Below are positions 24,391-36,361 of a stretch of 64,000 bases of DNA, piece by piece. The notes below the pieces were generated by a model, which made no database searches, was not told the origin of the DNA, and saw only the letters and a program-made list of their open reading frames with translations. Position 1 is the stretch's first letter, and every line of letters starts with the position of its first letter. The translations under genes were made by a program, and so were the position numbers. The stretch covers positions 10,416,001 through 10,480,000 of the forward strand of contig NC_047068.1 of NCBI RefSeq assembly GCF_902459465.1, given 5' to 3'. The stretch comes from Asterias rubens (Eukaryota).

Positions 24391-25110
24391 TCAAACTTCA
24401 AAGTAGACACAACCCTCAATATCCTTGAAGTCGGTGTGATTATCTTCAAGAAAGGTGACGTCATTGAGTTGACATTTCTTCTCTTTCTTGCTGCTCTGCC
24501 AAACATTAAAGGAGCGGCATTGAGGATCTGTTGTACACGCCCGTCCACAAGCAATTACACCCTCTACGGCCAGGTTGTCGATGACGTGATTGAGGGGGCA
24601 GTATTGAGAGACACGCCCATTGGGACTTAGCAGGGTGTGGTAGATTGGCATGATAGAGTCTGGCATCTCACACGCAGCTGATTTATGGTCTGTACTCTGG
24701 CAACTTATTTTATCAGACCAAACTCCAGCTAATTGAACTGTCATTCGGGCACAGTTCAATTTCATATCGTCTCTTGGGCTGTCGTCTCTCCAGTTGATAA
24801 ACCTTGCAGGCTGACCACCACACAGCCAAACTCCTTCTTGAGCAGCATCTGTGCAGCCAATCCACAGTCCTTCATTTCCTTTCACTGCCCAGTCGAAGAT
24901 GAAGTCGTTTTCTTCTTTTGAATCAGGCACTATGAGGTTGCTCCCTAGTCGCTTGCATGTCGCCTCGGCTTGCATCCAGTTCATCATCTCAGGCAATAAG
25001 ATGTAGCAAGACTGACGCCATTTTACCCAGCCAGTTGGACAAGAGGAGAGGACGATAACAATGCTTTGCATTGTCATCAATATCAAGAGATGAAACAGAA
25101 TGGTATGCAT
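24391..25110 (-). CDS. CTL3: secreted C-type lectin + PAN/Apple protein, intact
   Basis: Open from MHTILFHLL to CVYFEV*; same architecture as CTL1; loop WRDDSPRDD. Confidence 0.88.
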   Translation of the reverse strand: MHTILFHLLILMTMQSIVIVLSSCPTGWVKWRQSCYILLPEMMNWMQAEATCKRLGSNLIVPDSKEENDFIFDWAVKGNEGLWIGCTDAAQEGVWLCGGQPARFINWRDDSPRDDMKLNCARMTVQLAGVWSDKISCQSTDHKSAACEMPDSIMPIYHTLLSPNGRVSQYCPLNHVIDNLAVEGVIACGRACTTDPQCRSFNVWQSSKKEKKCQLNDVTFLEDNHTDFKDIEGCVYFEV

Positions 25111-26271
25111 GCTTTGAAGAAACAATGTTATCACACGGAAAGCCACATTAACTCTGGATTTATGAAACATAAACTGACACATCGAGTCTTTCACCTTTGT
25201 TATATCAAACATGCAAGCAACAATGAGTTATATACACCACTACATGTAAATTTATACTCCGTCGTCACCTTCATCGAGTTCGATCGCTTCTGAGCAGCCT
25301 CTAAACTAATTAATGTATTGATCCAAAGTGTTAAAGGGACTTTAATTTGATAGGTTCCTGTGGAGTATAGACCTTGATTTCACTCCACTCCAACTCATTG
25401 TAACCAAACTGAGGCTGAACGAAATTATAGTCTAGTGCCAAGTTTGGATGTTAGTATTCATTACTGCTATGGAAACAGGGAAGATGACCAAGATGGTGGC
25501 AGTGTGATCAAGGACTCTAGCCCGTGCTGCCAAAGCGCATTAAAGGCATGGACACTATTGGTAATTACTCAAAATAATTATTAGCATGAAAACTTACTTG
25601 GTCACGAGTAATGGGGAGAGGTCGATGGTATAAAACATTGTGAGAAACGGCTCCCTCTGAAGTGCCACAGTTTTCGAGAAAGAGGTAATTTTCCACGAAT
25701 TTGATTTCGAGACCTCAGATTTAGAACTTGAGGCCTCGAAATCAACCATCTAAACGCACACAACTTCTTGTGACAATGGTGTTTTTTCTTTCATTAATAT
25801 CTCGCAAACTCGACGACCGATTGAGCTCAAATTTTCAGTGGTTTGTTATTTTATACATATGTTGAGATACACCAAGTAAGAAGACTGGTCTTTGACAATT
25901 ACCAATAGTGTCCACTGTCTTTAACGAAATTATAGTGCCAAGTTTGGATGTTAGTATTCATTACTGCTATGGAAACAGGGAAGATGACCAATATGGTGGC
26001 AGCGTGGTCAAGGTCTCTAGCCCGTGCTGCCAAAGCGCATTAAGCTAAAATCATTCACAAGAATCATCTCTGCCCTTACATATACCCATTTTACCCCTTT
26101 ACTTGGCGAAGAGAAGCAATCATAGTAAAGTGTCTTTCTCAAGAAGACAAGTGTCACGACCGGGACTCGAACCCACGACTAAGCCACCAGAACTTCAGTC
26201 CAATGCTCTACCAAAATTTCAAAAAAGTGTGTTTGAATAACATGAAAGAAGTTCATCAGGCGGTAAAATAT

Positions 26272-27015
26272 CAACTTATTAAATGTATTTTCTAAGAAAC
26301 ACAGCCAAATACTCACGTAATTTTGTTTACGTTTAGACTAGTTTCACTAGTCATCCTCAGAACGAGGCACCACCAGTCGGTTGGTGGCGCTGTTGCCTGC
26401 TTCGGCCACTGGATGGTGGTTTGGCCGAGTGTGTCCTCCCCGGGGACAAGATCGAAAAAGAACAGAAATGTGGCGTGGTATACGAAATTCCATGCCAGTC
26501 GTGCCAACTATCTTACATCGGGGAAACGGGGATAAAATTTGGTACTCGGTTCGAAGAACACAAAACAGAAGTCAACAAACTAACATCCGGCACCATGACG
26601 AGGGCAAGAAAAACATCCACAATAGGAAAAGAAACCACATCGGCCATAACAGAACATGCTAGGGACAACAATCACGTGATGAATTGGGCGGACAGCGCAA
26701 TTCTACATAAAGAGGGTGACAAATATAGACGATGAATCCGGGAAAGTCTCTAGATAAGGAGGCGACGATCTGTTCTGAACAGAGACGAGGGAGGGTATGA
26801 ACTATCACACATATGGGACCCCCTCATACCCCAAGTTCCACCAAGGGGGAGGACACACTCGGCCAAACCACCATCCAGTGGCCGAAGCAGGCAACAGCGC
26901 CACCAACCGACTGGTGGTGCCTCGTTCTGAGGATGACTAGTGAAACTAGTCTAAACGTAAACAAAATTACGTAAGTATTTGGCTGTGTTTCTTAGAAAAT
27001 ACATTTAATAAGTGT
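26272..27015 (+). mobile_element. Penelope-like element: GIY-YIG endonuclease remnant with an inverted pseudo-LTR
   Basis: GVVYEIPC..C...YIGETG...TRFEEH...SAITEHARDNNHVMNW. About 170 bp at 26272-26441 is an inverted copy of 26846-27013. Confidence 0.9.
26927..26973 (+). ncRNA. Hammerhead-ribozyme-like motif in the Penelope pseudo-LTR (core variant)
   Basis: CTGAGGA-T-GACTAGT gaa ACTAGTC-TAA-ACGTAA acaaaa TTACGT-A: stems II and III are perfect and the cleavage triplet is GUA, but GAAA reads TAAA. Confidence 0.6.
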
Positions 27016-27339
27016 TTAAATAACATTTGAAATAAATGCAAACTAAAAAACAACTCTGTGAATTTTAGTTAAAAAAGAGAAAACCATCTATGTGAAGATA
27101 GTAAATAAGACGGGAGTTGAACCTGTACTTTTTGAGGTGCAGTTCCAGTGTTCTCCACAAACTGCGCTGCCTGGATCCACATTACGGTATCTCCATGTAA
27201 TTACACGATGCAAACATTCTGGTTTTTCCTGTTCAAAACTAGAGGGCTGTAGTCTGGCACCTCATATGCATGGTAACAATCACTTTTCATTTTGACTCTT
27301 TAATCAGGAAACACGACTCCACCATTATAATACCACAGT

Positions 27340-27583
27340 GGGTGCGTTCGATTAGCTTCCCTGTGTCGTATCCCGCTCTGCACACTCTGGTGGGCCCCCG
27401 ACAAGAGCTAGTCGAACGATCACTCGCCCTCTTGTGGTGACGTCATGCACCTCAGGCAAGCCCTTAGCGACCCGTTCCATAAGCAGGGCACTTTGGGCTG
27501 ACCCTAGTGAGCCCCTGGAATGACGTCAAAGCTATTCGAACGTACCGGGAGCAGACCCCGGGGATGCTAATCGAACGCACCCT
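27340..27583. mobile_element. MITE with a GGTGCGTTCGATTAGC TIR; relic at 18750-18860
   Basis: GGGTGCGTTCGATTAGC...GCTAATCGAACGCACCC. Confidence 0.65.
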
Positions 27584-28108
27584 GTATCACCCTCTATACA
27601 GCGGAGGTCTCAAGATGGTGAGGGACATGAACGAAAAGTAGTGGTAAGACAACTACTCATAGTTCAACGTACACACAATCCTCAATGTCCTTGGAGTGGG
27701 TGTGAACAAGATGGCGACTGACGGTTTCTTTCTTGAAGACGTCCTCTGTCATGTATCTTGGAAATATCAGTCTAAATTTACTAAAAGACTGCTGGCTTCC
27801 TTGTTTTTTGATACATAGAGCCTATGTTTTTACTGCCACAGACAAAGATACCAAATGCTGATAGTCTTTATCTCGGTTCATGTCTGTCTATAGACCTTTT
27901 CGCAAATACTGGGGCGCGCGCGTAAAGCTTGGAATTAGGTGCATTGTGGTCTAGCTGGTATCCAAATTTGATCCATATCTATCCCACAATGCACCTCATT
28001 CAACAGTCTGCGCTTGCGCATTTGTATTTGCGAAAAGTTCTATGTCGGTGATGAGACGTCATTGAGAAGAGAAACCCAAGTTGGCGATATTTATAAAATA
28101 TTTAATGT

Positions 28109-28846
28109 TCAAAGTTCAAAATAGACACAACCCATAGTATCATTGGAGTCGGTGTAATCGTCCTCAAGAAAGGTGACGTCATTGAGTTGACATTTCTTCT
28201 CTTTCTTGCTGCTCTGCCAAACATTAAAGGAGCGGCAACGAGGATCTGATGTACCCGCCCAGCCACAAGCAATTACGCCCTCTACGGCCAGGTTGTCGAT
28301 GACGTGACTGAGGGGGCAGTATTGAGAGACACGCCCATCGGGACCTAGCAGGGTGTGGTAGACTGGCGTGGTCGGGGCTGGCATCTCACATACAGCTAGT
28401 TTGTGCTGCTGGCAAACTTTGTTGTCAGACCAAACTCCAAGAGAATAAATGGTTACTCGAGCACAGTTTAAGTCGGTGCTGTTTCTTGGGCTGTGTTTAC
28501 GCCAAGTGGTAAATTTTGCAAGCTGACCTTCACAGAGCCAAACTCCTTCTTGAGCAGCATCTGTGCAGCCGATCCACAGACCGCCATTACCTTCCACTGC
28601 CCACTCGAAGATGAAGTCGTTTTCTTCTTTCGAATCAGGCACTATGAGGTTGCTCCCTGGTCGCTTGCATGCCGCCTCGGCTTGCATCCAGTTCATCTTC
28701 CCAGGCAGTAAGATGTAGCAAGACTGACGCCATTTTACCCAGCCAGTTGGACAAGAGGAGAGGACGATAACAATGCTTTGCATTGTCATCAATGTGAAGA
28801 GATGAAACAGAATGGTATTCATTCTTTGAATAAACATTTTTACCAA
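28109..28846 (-). CDS. CTL4: secreted C-type lectin + PAN/Apple protein, ORF intact
   Basis: 245-aa ORF; loop WRKHSPRNS. One PAN cysteine is replaced (CGWAG versus CGWAC in the other copies). Confidence 0.85.
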   Translation of the reverse strand: MVKMFIQRMNTILFHLFTLMTMQSIVIVLSSCPTGWVKWRQSCYILLPGKMNWMQAEAACKRPGSNLIVPDSKEENDFIFEWAVEGNGGLWIGCTDAAQEGVWLCEGQLAKFTTWRKHSPRNSTDLNCARVTIYSLGVWSDNKVCQQHKLAVCEMPAPTTPVYHTLLGPDGRVSQYCPLSHVIDNLAVEGVIACGWAGTSDPRCRSFNVWQSSKKEKKCQLNDVTFLEDDYTDSNDTMGCVYFEL

Positions 28847-31800
28847 ACGCCACAGTAGCTCTGGTTGTATGAAACGTAAACTGACAAAAAAGTCCTCACT
28901 AATAATTCACGTGGGTTTAACATGCAAGCAACGAGTACAACACCAGGCTGTCTACCGTCGACACTTTTATCAAAGTCAATTGCTTCAATTAGTGTCTCAA
29001 TTTGTTGCTATTGTTTAAAAGTGAAGTGAGTCAAATATTGAACAAACAATATCCAAACGGTTGCGATGCCAACGAGCAAACAAAACCAGCGACCTAAAAT
29101 AATCAGACCAATGAGGCGCAAAGATTGTCAGAAATGATGATATGAATAGTTTGGTCACTTTTTACCGAAATTTCAATTATTTATTTATTTTTCCCAGCAA
29201 GTGCACAAGAGAAGGGGACGATTGTTCATCTATGTGTGTTTGATTTATACATCTGCTCTAGATGAATGGCAGCAGTTGTGGGGGGGTTGAATCCCACCCA
29301 AGTAATGTGTCTGTTGTTTATAGAATGGGAAAAACACTGGGTAAACATTGCTTAACACACATCGGTGTATTGGGAAATGTTCTTTATCCCCATGCAAATT
29401 TAACATGTAATATATCTCTGCTAATGACTCCATCTCTCCTTGATGGACAAACATGAGTTTTTCTTTCGGTATTTCACAAATGAGCTTAAGTTGAACAAAG
29501 GCTTTGAGAAATAAGTTTAAATTCTTGACTGAGATATTTTGAGATGATGTGTTGTAAATCGATTGGGTTGTTTAGAATGGTGTTGAGTAAGAGAGGGAAC
29601 AGGGCACAGTTCAAAATATTTAGACTGCGTAAGGGCGAACGTGATGCACAACAAGTAAGACGAACTAATTTTCACTCTTTGTTATTATTATGATTATTTA
29701 TTCCGCCATTGAATTAAGAAAACTATATACAGGCCGTTAAAGGAACACGTTGCATTGGACCGGTCGAGTTGGTCTTTAAAAAGTGTTGTTTGTTATAAAA
29801 TGCATGTTACTAGAAAGATATTTTAAAAGTTGAATATAATGATCGACACAAGTACCACTCGAAATTGCGTGGTTGTTACCTCGTCGACAAACACGGTCGG
29901 CCATTTTTGGGAGTCAAAGTGTTGATTAGTTCGCAAAGTTAAAGGAAAACCACGCAATTTCGTGGCAAATGTGTGTGGATCATTGTATTCTACTTTTAAA
30001 ACATCTTTCCAACCGTATGCATTTTATAACAAACGCTTTTCAAAGACCAACTCGACCGATCCAAGGCAACGTGTTCCTTTAAAGCCATTGGACACTTTCG
30101 GAACAGAAAACAAAATAAAAGTTCACAGATTTAAAAAATAACTTGCAGGGTTTACAGAAGGTAATGGTGAAAGACTTCTCTTAAAATATTATTCAATGAA
30201 ACGCTTTACTTTTTGAGAAAACATTAACCCTATAGTCCCTGCACCGCCCGAGTTTGCCGACATAATTTTGTTTTTCTTTTCAAGATTCTTGCAGTAACTT
30301 TACTGAAATCGTAGTTCAAATTTTTTAAAGATAGCCAAGGCTTATTATTTATAATTAAATGCACAATTTTTGACCCTTTCGGTAATATTTGTACAAGTCC
30401 TCATTGGGGAACAATACAAAAAAAACCTACGGTAATATTTATGGCGATTATTCTTGTATAATGATAACATGGATACAATAGCTTTTCAAGGCTTTCATCT
30501 GGCTCAATGCTGATTGTTTGCGAAGGCATAAGTTTTCGACAATATCACCATGAATGATAAATACAGTTTCCTTTGTGTTTACTAATAAGCGTTTTGTTGG
30601 GTAAGTGCTAAATTATTTCATCATCATTAGCTTCGTCAAGTCAACTGTGAAGAGACAAATTAATAATGATCTATAAATAACTAGATGGATTCACCAATGC
30701 GTAGGCATACTATTAACTACCTGGTTTTATTTTGATGTTTATTATTTTCTACAAACAAAAGCTACAGCGAGGTTTCCTCCTACCGCATAATACAGTGTAT
30801 CGCTTTAGGTGGCTGGGCGGTCCAGCGGCTAAATGGTTAAGACAATTATCAATTATGCAACTTATGAAATTCGACCTTAAGCCACTCAAGTGTCCATAAA
30901 TCCACCAAACAACATCGTAGCGCAACACAAGATGTGTCAAAACGTGCAGAAATTAACGGTGAATAGAAACGAACAATTAAATGTTTGTATACTATTTCAG
31001 GTTCCGATAAATCTGACCATTTGTAAGTGTTTAGATACTTTATTGGCGCAGTTTAGTTGTGATACACGAAGTGTGGGCCTTTGGGCAATACTGTTTACCG
31101 AAAGTGTTCATTGGCTTTAATTTAAGCCAAAACTGTAATTGTGATGCAATGAAATTAACGAATGATAACGGCCTCATTTGGTCTAAAATACGGTCAATTT
31201 CATAAAGCCTGTAAGCAGACAATTTCTGCTTACGGAGAAACTCTCAGCAGAGTTTCTGTTTCATAAACAGTGTTTACCGTATAAGCAAAGTAATAAACAC
31301 ACGCTAGCTTGTCAGTTTGTACGCAGATTAGTGACGTACCAATGTAAATCTTCTGTGGACGCATTGCACAAGCTTTTCTGTAATTATAGTAAGCTCAGAA
31401 AATTTGTTTACTGGTTAACAGCTTTATAAAATTAGAACCAAGGTGAAAATAATAATTATATATTTGAAATTCATTAAAATTTTAAGGATAAGGTTATCTT
31501 TTCATGAAATTCCATGCAGAATTATTAAAATACATAAATTTTGGAATTTATTTACAAAAGCAAACACAAGTTTCATAATCGCGCAAAACTGTTCAAGTCT
31601 CGCAAGTATTCGAATATTTGTGACCAGACAAAGAGCGCGAGTTTGTTTCCTCAAGTTTTTAAACCAATGTACGTTAAAAAAAACTTTCCATTACTCACGA
31701 GAATTGACTTTTACACCACTGACTTTTTCAATAAACAAAGTGAGTCTATGAAATATAGTACATAAAAGACCTTCATATACAAAGTCTCTCAAAATATACA

Positions 31801-31979
31801 CTTCAAAAACCGGGTGTTAAATTAACACCATTGGTGTAGTCAAATATTTTATAACCAACAAAAGAATCAAATTGTACACCATAGGATGTTAAAATAACAC
31901 TAATTTCTTTATCAATATAAACTACTAGGGAAACTGACTGGGTAAATTTTGAAATGATTTTTGGGGTTGAACAAAGAAT

Positions 31980-32052
31980 TGACTAGAGTGGGATTCGAAC
32001 CAACGACCTCCGGATTAACGTGCCGGCGCTCTACCAACTGAGCTATCTAGCC
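31980..32052 (-). tRNA. tRNA-Asn(GTT)-like sequence, probably a SINE head or pseudogene
   Basis: 73-nt cloverleaf: acceptor GGCTAGA/TCTAGTC, D stem GCTC/GAGC, T loop TTCGAAT, anticodon loop ACGTTAA. It lacks the conserved U33 and has mismatches in the anticodon and T stems. Confidence 0.45.
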
Positions 32053-32444
32053 CTATATTGGCGGTGTCCCTATTTTGTCAATATCTTTGTTCGGGGGTGC
32101 CAGTCAGAAGCCATACAACCGTTAACTGCCGTGTGGTCAATGATCACACCCACATTACGATACAACCTGGGAAGCGGCAGCCAGGGGATCACCTTAAAAG
32201 GATGCGACTTTTTGTTTCACTAATTTCTTTAAAAACATTAATTACACTAGTGTTATTATGAAGTTAATGTTGATATGTTCTGTATCTATATAATTATAAC
32301 AATAATCATGGTATCTTTAAGGCATAATATTCTTCCATAAATCAAAATTCTGACATCACGATGAATACTGTTTTAGATTGTCCCCGTTGTTATACTGCAT
32401 GGTTTGTCTGTCGGTGAATGGGACCACAGTGCATGACGAAATGC

Positions 32445-33182
32445 TCAAAGTTCAAAGTAGACACAACCCTTAATATCCTTGGAGTCGGTGTGATCATCTT
32501 CAAGAAAGTTGACGTCATTGAGTTGACATTTCTTCTCTTTCTCGCTGCTCTGCCAAACATTAAAGGAGCGGCAACGAGGATCTGATGTACACGCCCAGCC
32601 ACAAGCAAACATACCCTCTACGGCCAGGTTGCCGATGACGTGATTGAGGGGGCAGTATTGAGAGACACGCCCATCCTGACCTAGCAGGGTGTGGTAGATT
32701 GGCACGATAGGGACCGGCATCTCACATGCAACTAATTTACGGGCGCCATTCTTGCAATGATCGCTATCAGACCAACGCCCACCGTCGTATACAGTCACTC
32801 GGGCACAGTTCAACCGTATGTCGTTGTGTGGATTGTTTGGATACCGCCAGTTGGTGAATCTTGCAGGCTGACCTCCACACAGCCAAACTCCTTCTTCAGC
32901 AACATCGGTGCAGCCGATCCACATACCGTCATTCCCTTTCACTGCCCACTCGTATATGAAGTGGTTTTCTTCTTTCGAATCAGGCCATATGAGGTTGCTC
33001 CCTGGTCGCTTGCATGCCTCCTCGGCTTGCATCCAGTTCATCTTCTCAGGCAGTAAGATGTAGCAAGACTGACGCCATTTCACCCAGCCAGTTGGACAAG
33101 AGGAGAGGACGATAACAATGCTTTGCATTGTCATCAATATCAAGAAATGAAGCAAAATGGTATTTATGCTTTGAAGAAACAT
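32445..33182 (-). CDS. CTL5: secreted C-type lectin + PAN/Apple protein, intact
   Basis: 245-aa ORF; loop WRYPNNPHND. Confidence 0.88.
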   Translation of the reverse strand: MFLQSINTILLHFLILMTMQSIVIVLSSCPTGWVKWRQSCYILLPEKMNWMQAEEACKRPGSNLIWPDSKEENHFIYEWAVKGNDGMWIGCTDVAEEGVWLCGGQPARFTNWRYPNNPHNDIRLNCARVTVYDGGRWSDSDHCKNGARKLVACEMPVPIVPIYHTLLGQDGRVSQYCPLNHVIGNLAVEGMFACGWACTSDPRCRSFNVWQSSEKEKKCQLNDVNFLEDDHTDSKDIKGCVYFEL

Positions 33183-33629
33183 TTTTATATAACGTCACAG
33201 TAACTCTAGTTTGATGTAATGTAAACTGACACAACTAGCCGTGCGAGCAAAAGTGAATACACCACGAGAATACAGCAGAGGTAGTTTTATTCTCCGTCGT
33301 CACCTTCACCATGGTAACCCAACGTTTGACGCTTCGATATTAGCGTCCAAATGAATGGTTTTTATTGTTAAAAAATTGTTCAAGTGACTCAAATTTAATT
33401 TAAAAACAGTCGAACGTTTACGAAACAAAGGTAAACGCAAAACCAGTGACCGGATATAATCAGACTGATGGGTTAAACGAATAATAATTTTCAGTAAAAT
33501 TTCATAACCTTGATGCGAAATGTCAAACGTTGCATGATGGGAGAACCACGTAATCAAATTGCGTTGCTGAGCGCAAAAGGAAAAAAAAACCTAGCGTTTA
33601 CTATGAATACATTTTTGTAGACATTGAAC

Positions 33630-34400
33630 ACAAAGTGGCGTATTGCCTGAACGTAAGCCAACAATGCGAAATATCAAAAATACGTTGGTGTACGCTGGTA
33701 TAAGTTTGGGGTAAGTTGGGGATACGTCGTTTACGGTAAGAGCACGCTGTGATACGCTGTTAAAAATTTTAACACGTCGAGCCCGCGTTTTTTTTTTAGC
33801 ATGTTCAAAATTTCTCGGCGTACTGAACGTGTACTTCATACGTTCTGCATAAGTTCCCTATAAGTTCATGGTACGTTAGACATACGTTGACATACGCTGG
33901 CATACGTTAGAGGAACGTTACTCGTAGGTTGATATACGTTGATGTACGTCGGCCCCTGGTTGCTTGCTTCTTCTTGGGAGGCATGATGACTGCCTGATGA
34001 CATCGGCGGGAATGATGTGCTTGAGATATACCGGTATTTATACGTTCTACAGCGACATAGGTCACGTGTTCGTTGTACGCCGAGGATACGCTGAGGATAC
34101 GTTGAGGAAACATTTAGGATACGTTGAACTCGGCAGACATATGCTATGAATGCGTTAGACATGTTACTCATATGCTTGCATACGCTGCCAACTTCGTGAT
34201 ATTAGTTAGTGAAACGCTATCAATGCGTTAGTCATAGCGCTATGTATACGTTCAATACGCTATGGATACGTCATTTCCAACACCGATGTCGACTTTTTCG
34301 ATGCAATTCCTTGGGAAGTTGGACGTTCTTGGACTTTGAACTATTTTGTGCATCCGTTGGCATACGTTCAGGCGATACGCCATGGTGTGCCAGGGCCTTA
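33630..34400. mobile_element. ACGT/TACG-rich inverted-repeat element between the divergent lectin arms
   Basis: 27-bp IR TGGCGTATTGCCTGAACGTAAGCCAAC at 33636 versus 34356-34382 (2 mismatches); the right end is GGGCC-TTA. Confidence 0.55.
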
Positions 34401-34951
34401 AAGTAGGTACACTAAGTTACTTTGTCCAACGTTCTACAAGATGGGAAGACCATGGCCCAATGTCATGGCTCTGCTTACCGTAAGCAAATAATCAGCGCTT
34501 ACGGAAGCAGGGAACTTACGCCAAGCGTATTTCACGGGTTCATATCGGAGAATTGTTATTTGTGTGCGAGTGTATTCGTCGCTTAATACACAGCAAGCGC
34601 ACAAGTTCGGCGAGATGACGTAAGCGGAAAATGGTGATCGTCTGCGCAGAATTCGGCGGTAAGCAGATCCATGATACCTAATATTACATTCCGTGAAACA
34701 ATGTAATTGTACTTCAAAATTACCAAATTTCTTGTGACTTTTTAATCCCTAAAAGACGCTTATACCATGGAGCTATAGCTCCATGCTAATATAGAAGGAT
34801 CGAATTCGGGGAAGGTGTGACGACGGAGAATATACTACCTGTTGTTAGCCTAATGGTTATTTCTCGCTTGTTTAATTCATGTACCTTATCAGTAGACTCA
34901 ACGTGACAGTGATATTTTACATAAAACAAGAGTAAGTGGCGTGTGATAGTA

Positions 34952-35681
34952 ATGTTTTTTAAAAGAATGAATAACATTCTGTTTGATCTCTTGATATTGA
35001 TGACAATTCAAAGCATTGTTATCGGCCTGTCCTCTTGTCCAACTGGCTGGGTAAAATGGCGTCAGTCTTGCTACATCTTAGTTCCTGAGAAGATGAACTG
35101 GATGCAAGCCGAGGCGGCATGCAAGCGACTAGGGAGCAACCTCGTAGTGCCTGACTAAAGAGAAGAAAACCACTTCATCTACGAGTGGACAGTGGAAGGG
35201 AATGAAGGTATGTGTATCGGCTGCACAGATGCTGCTCAAGAAGGAGTTTGGCTGTGTGGAGGTCAGCCTGCAAGATTCATCATCTGGAAAGACGACAGCC
35301 CAAGAAACGACATGAACTTGAACTGTGCTCGAATGACGGTTCATTTATCTGGAGTTTGGTCTGACAATGTAAGTTGCCAAAGTGCAGACAACAAGTACTC
35401 TGCGTGTGAGCTGGCGGACCCTATTGTGCCAATCTACCACACCCTGCTAGGTCCCGATGGGCGTGTCTCTCAATACTGCCCCCAATCACATCATCGACAA
35501 CCTGGCCGTAGAGGGCGTGATTGCTTCTGGCTGGGCGTGTACATCGGATCCTCGATGCCGCTCCTTGAATGTTTGGCAGAGCAGCGAGAGAGAAGAAATG
35601 TCAACTCAATGACGTCACCTTTCTTCAGGATGTTCACACCGACTCCAAGGATATTGACGGCTATGTCTACTTTGAACTTTG
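34952..35681 (+). pseudogene. CTL6: CTL-PAN pseudogene
   Basis: Premature TAA at 35156-35158 where most paralogues have TCA (PDS). A 2-nt deletion near 35483 (TGCCCCC-AAT versus TGCCCCCTCAAT) shifts the frame of the PAN domain. Confidence 0.85.
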
Positions 35682-36361
35682 AACATATATAAAATATCGC
35701 CAGCTTTTGTTTTCTCTTCTCAATGACGTCTCATGACTGACAAAGACATGAACCGAGAGAAAGACTATCGACGGTTTTGTATCTTTGTCTGTGGCAATAT
35801 ATATTATGTATATAATAATTACAACATTCAGACTCTTAACAGTGAATCTAGGCTAAATGAAACCCCCATCCTGGTGTGCGGATGTTGGCAAGAGAAAGGA
35901 TGTCCAAGGGAGTATACCACCAGGTGCCATTTTGTTTGCACCTCGATCTATCTGCGTGGGAGGTACTCCTGCCTGATGAAAGAACTACACGCGGTCGCCT
36001 TTGAAGTTCACTTTGAATTTCAGAACAATGGACATCGAGTTGCATAGTATACCGAGCAGTTTGTATTCCATAGACTTAGCAAAGCAAAATTTAAAACACG
36101 AACCTTTCAAAGCAGACTTCTCTTAGTTACTCAATAAATAGTGTCGATGAAAAGGACACAAGTTTAATTGCCAAAACGGCTCTGCGTTTTAATCGATCTT
36201 TGAGCTGATTCCTCACACGAACACTCTGAAGTAAAATCATATCACTAAACGCAAGCAAAACTGAGTGAGTTCTGATCAGAAGTTTTAGTGTAACGACTTG
36301 CCTTGTAAGCTAAATGACTGTCATAACGCAACAAAATTAGTCAACATAAGTCGATTTGATA

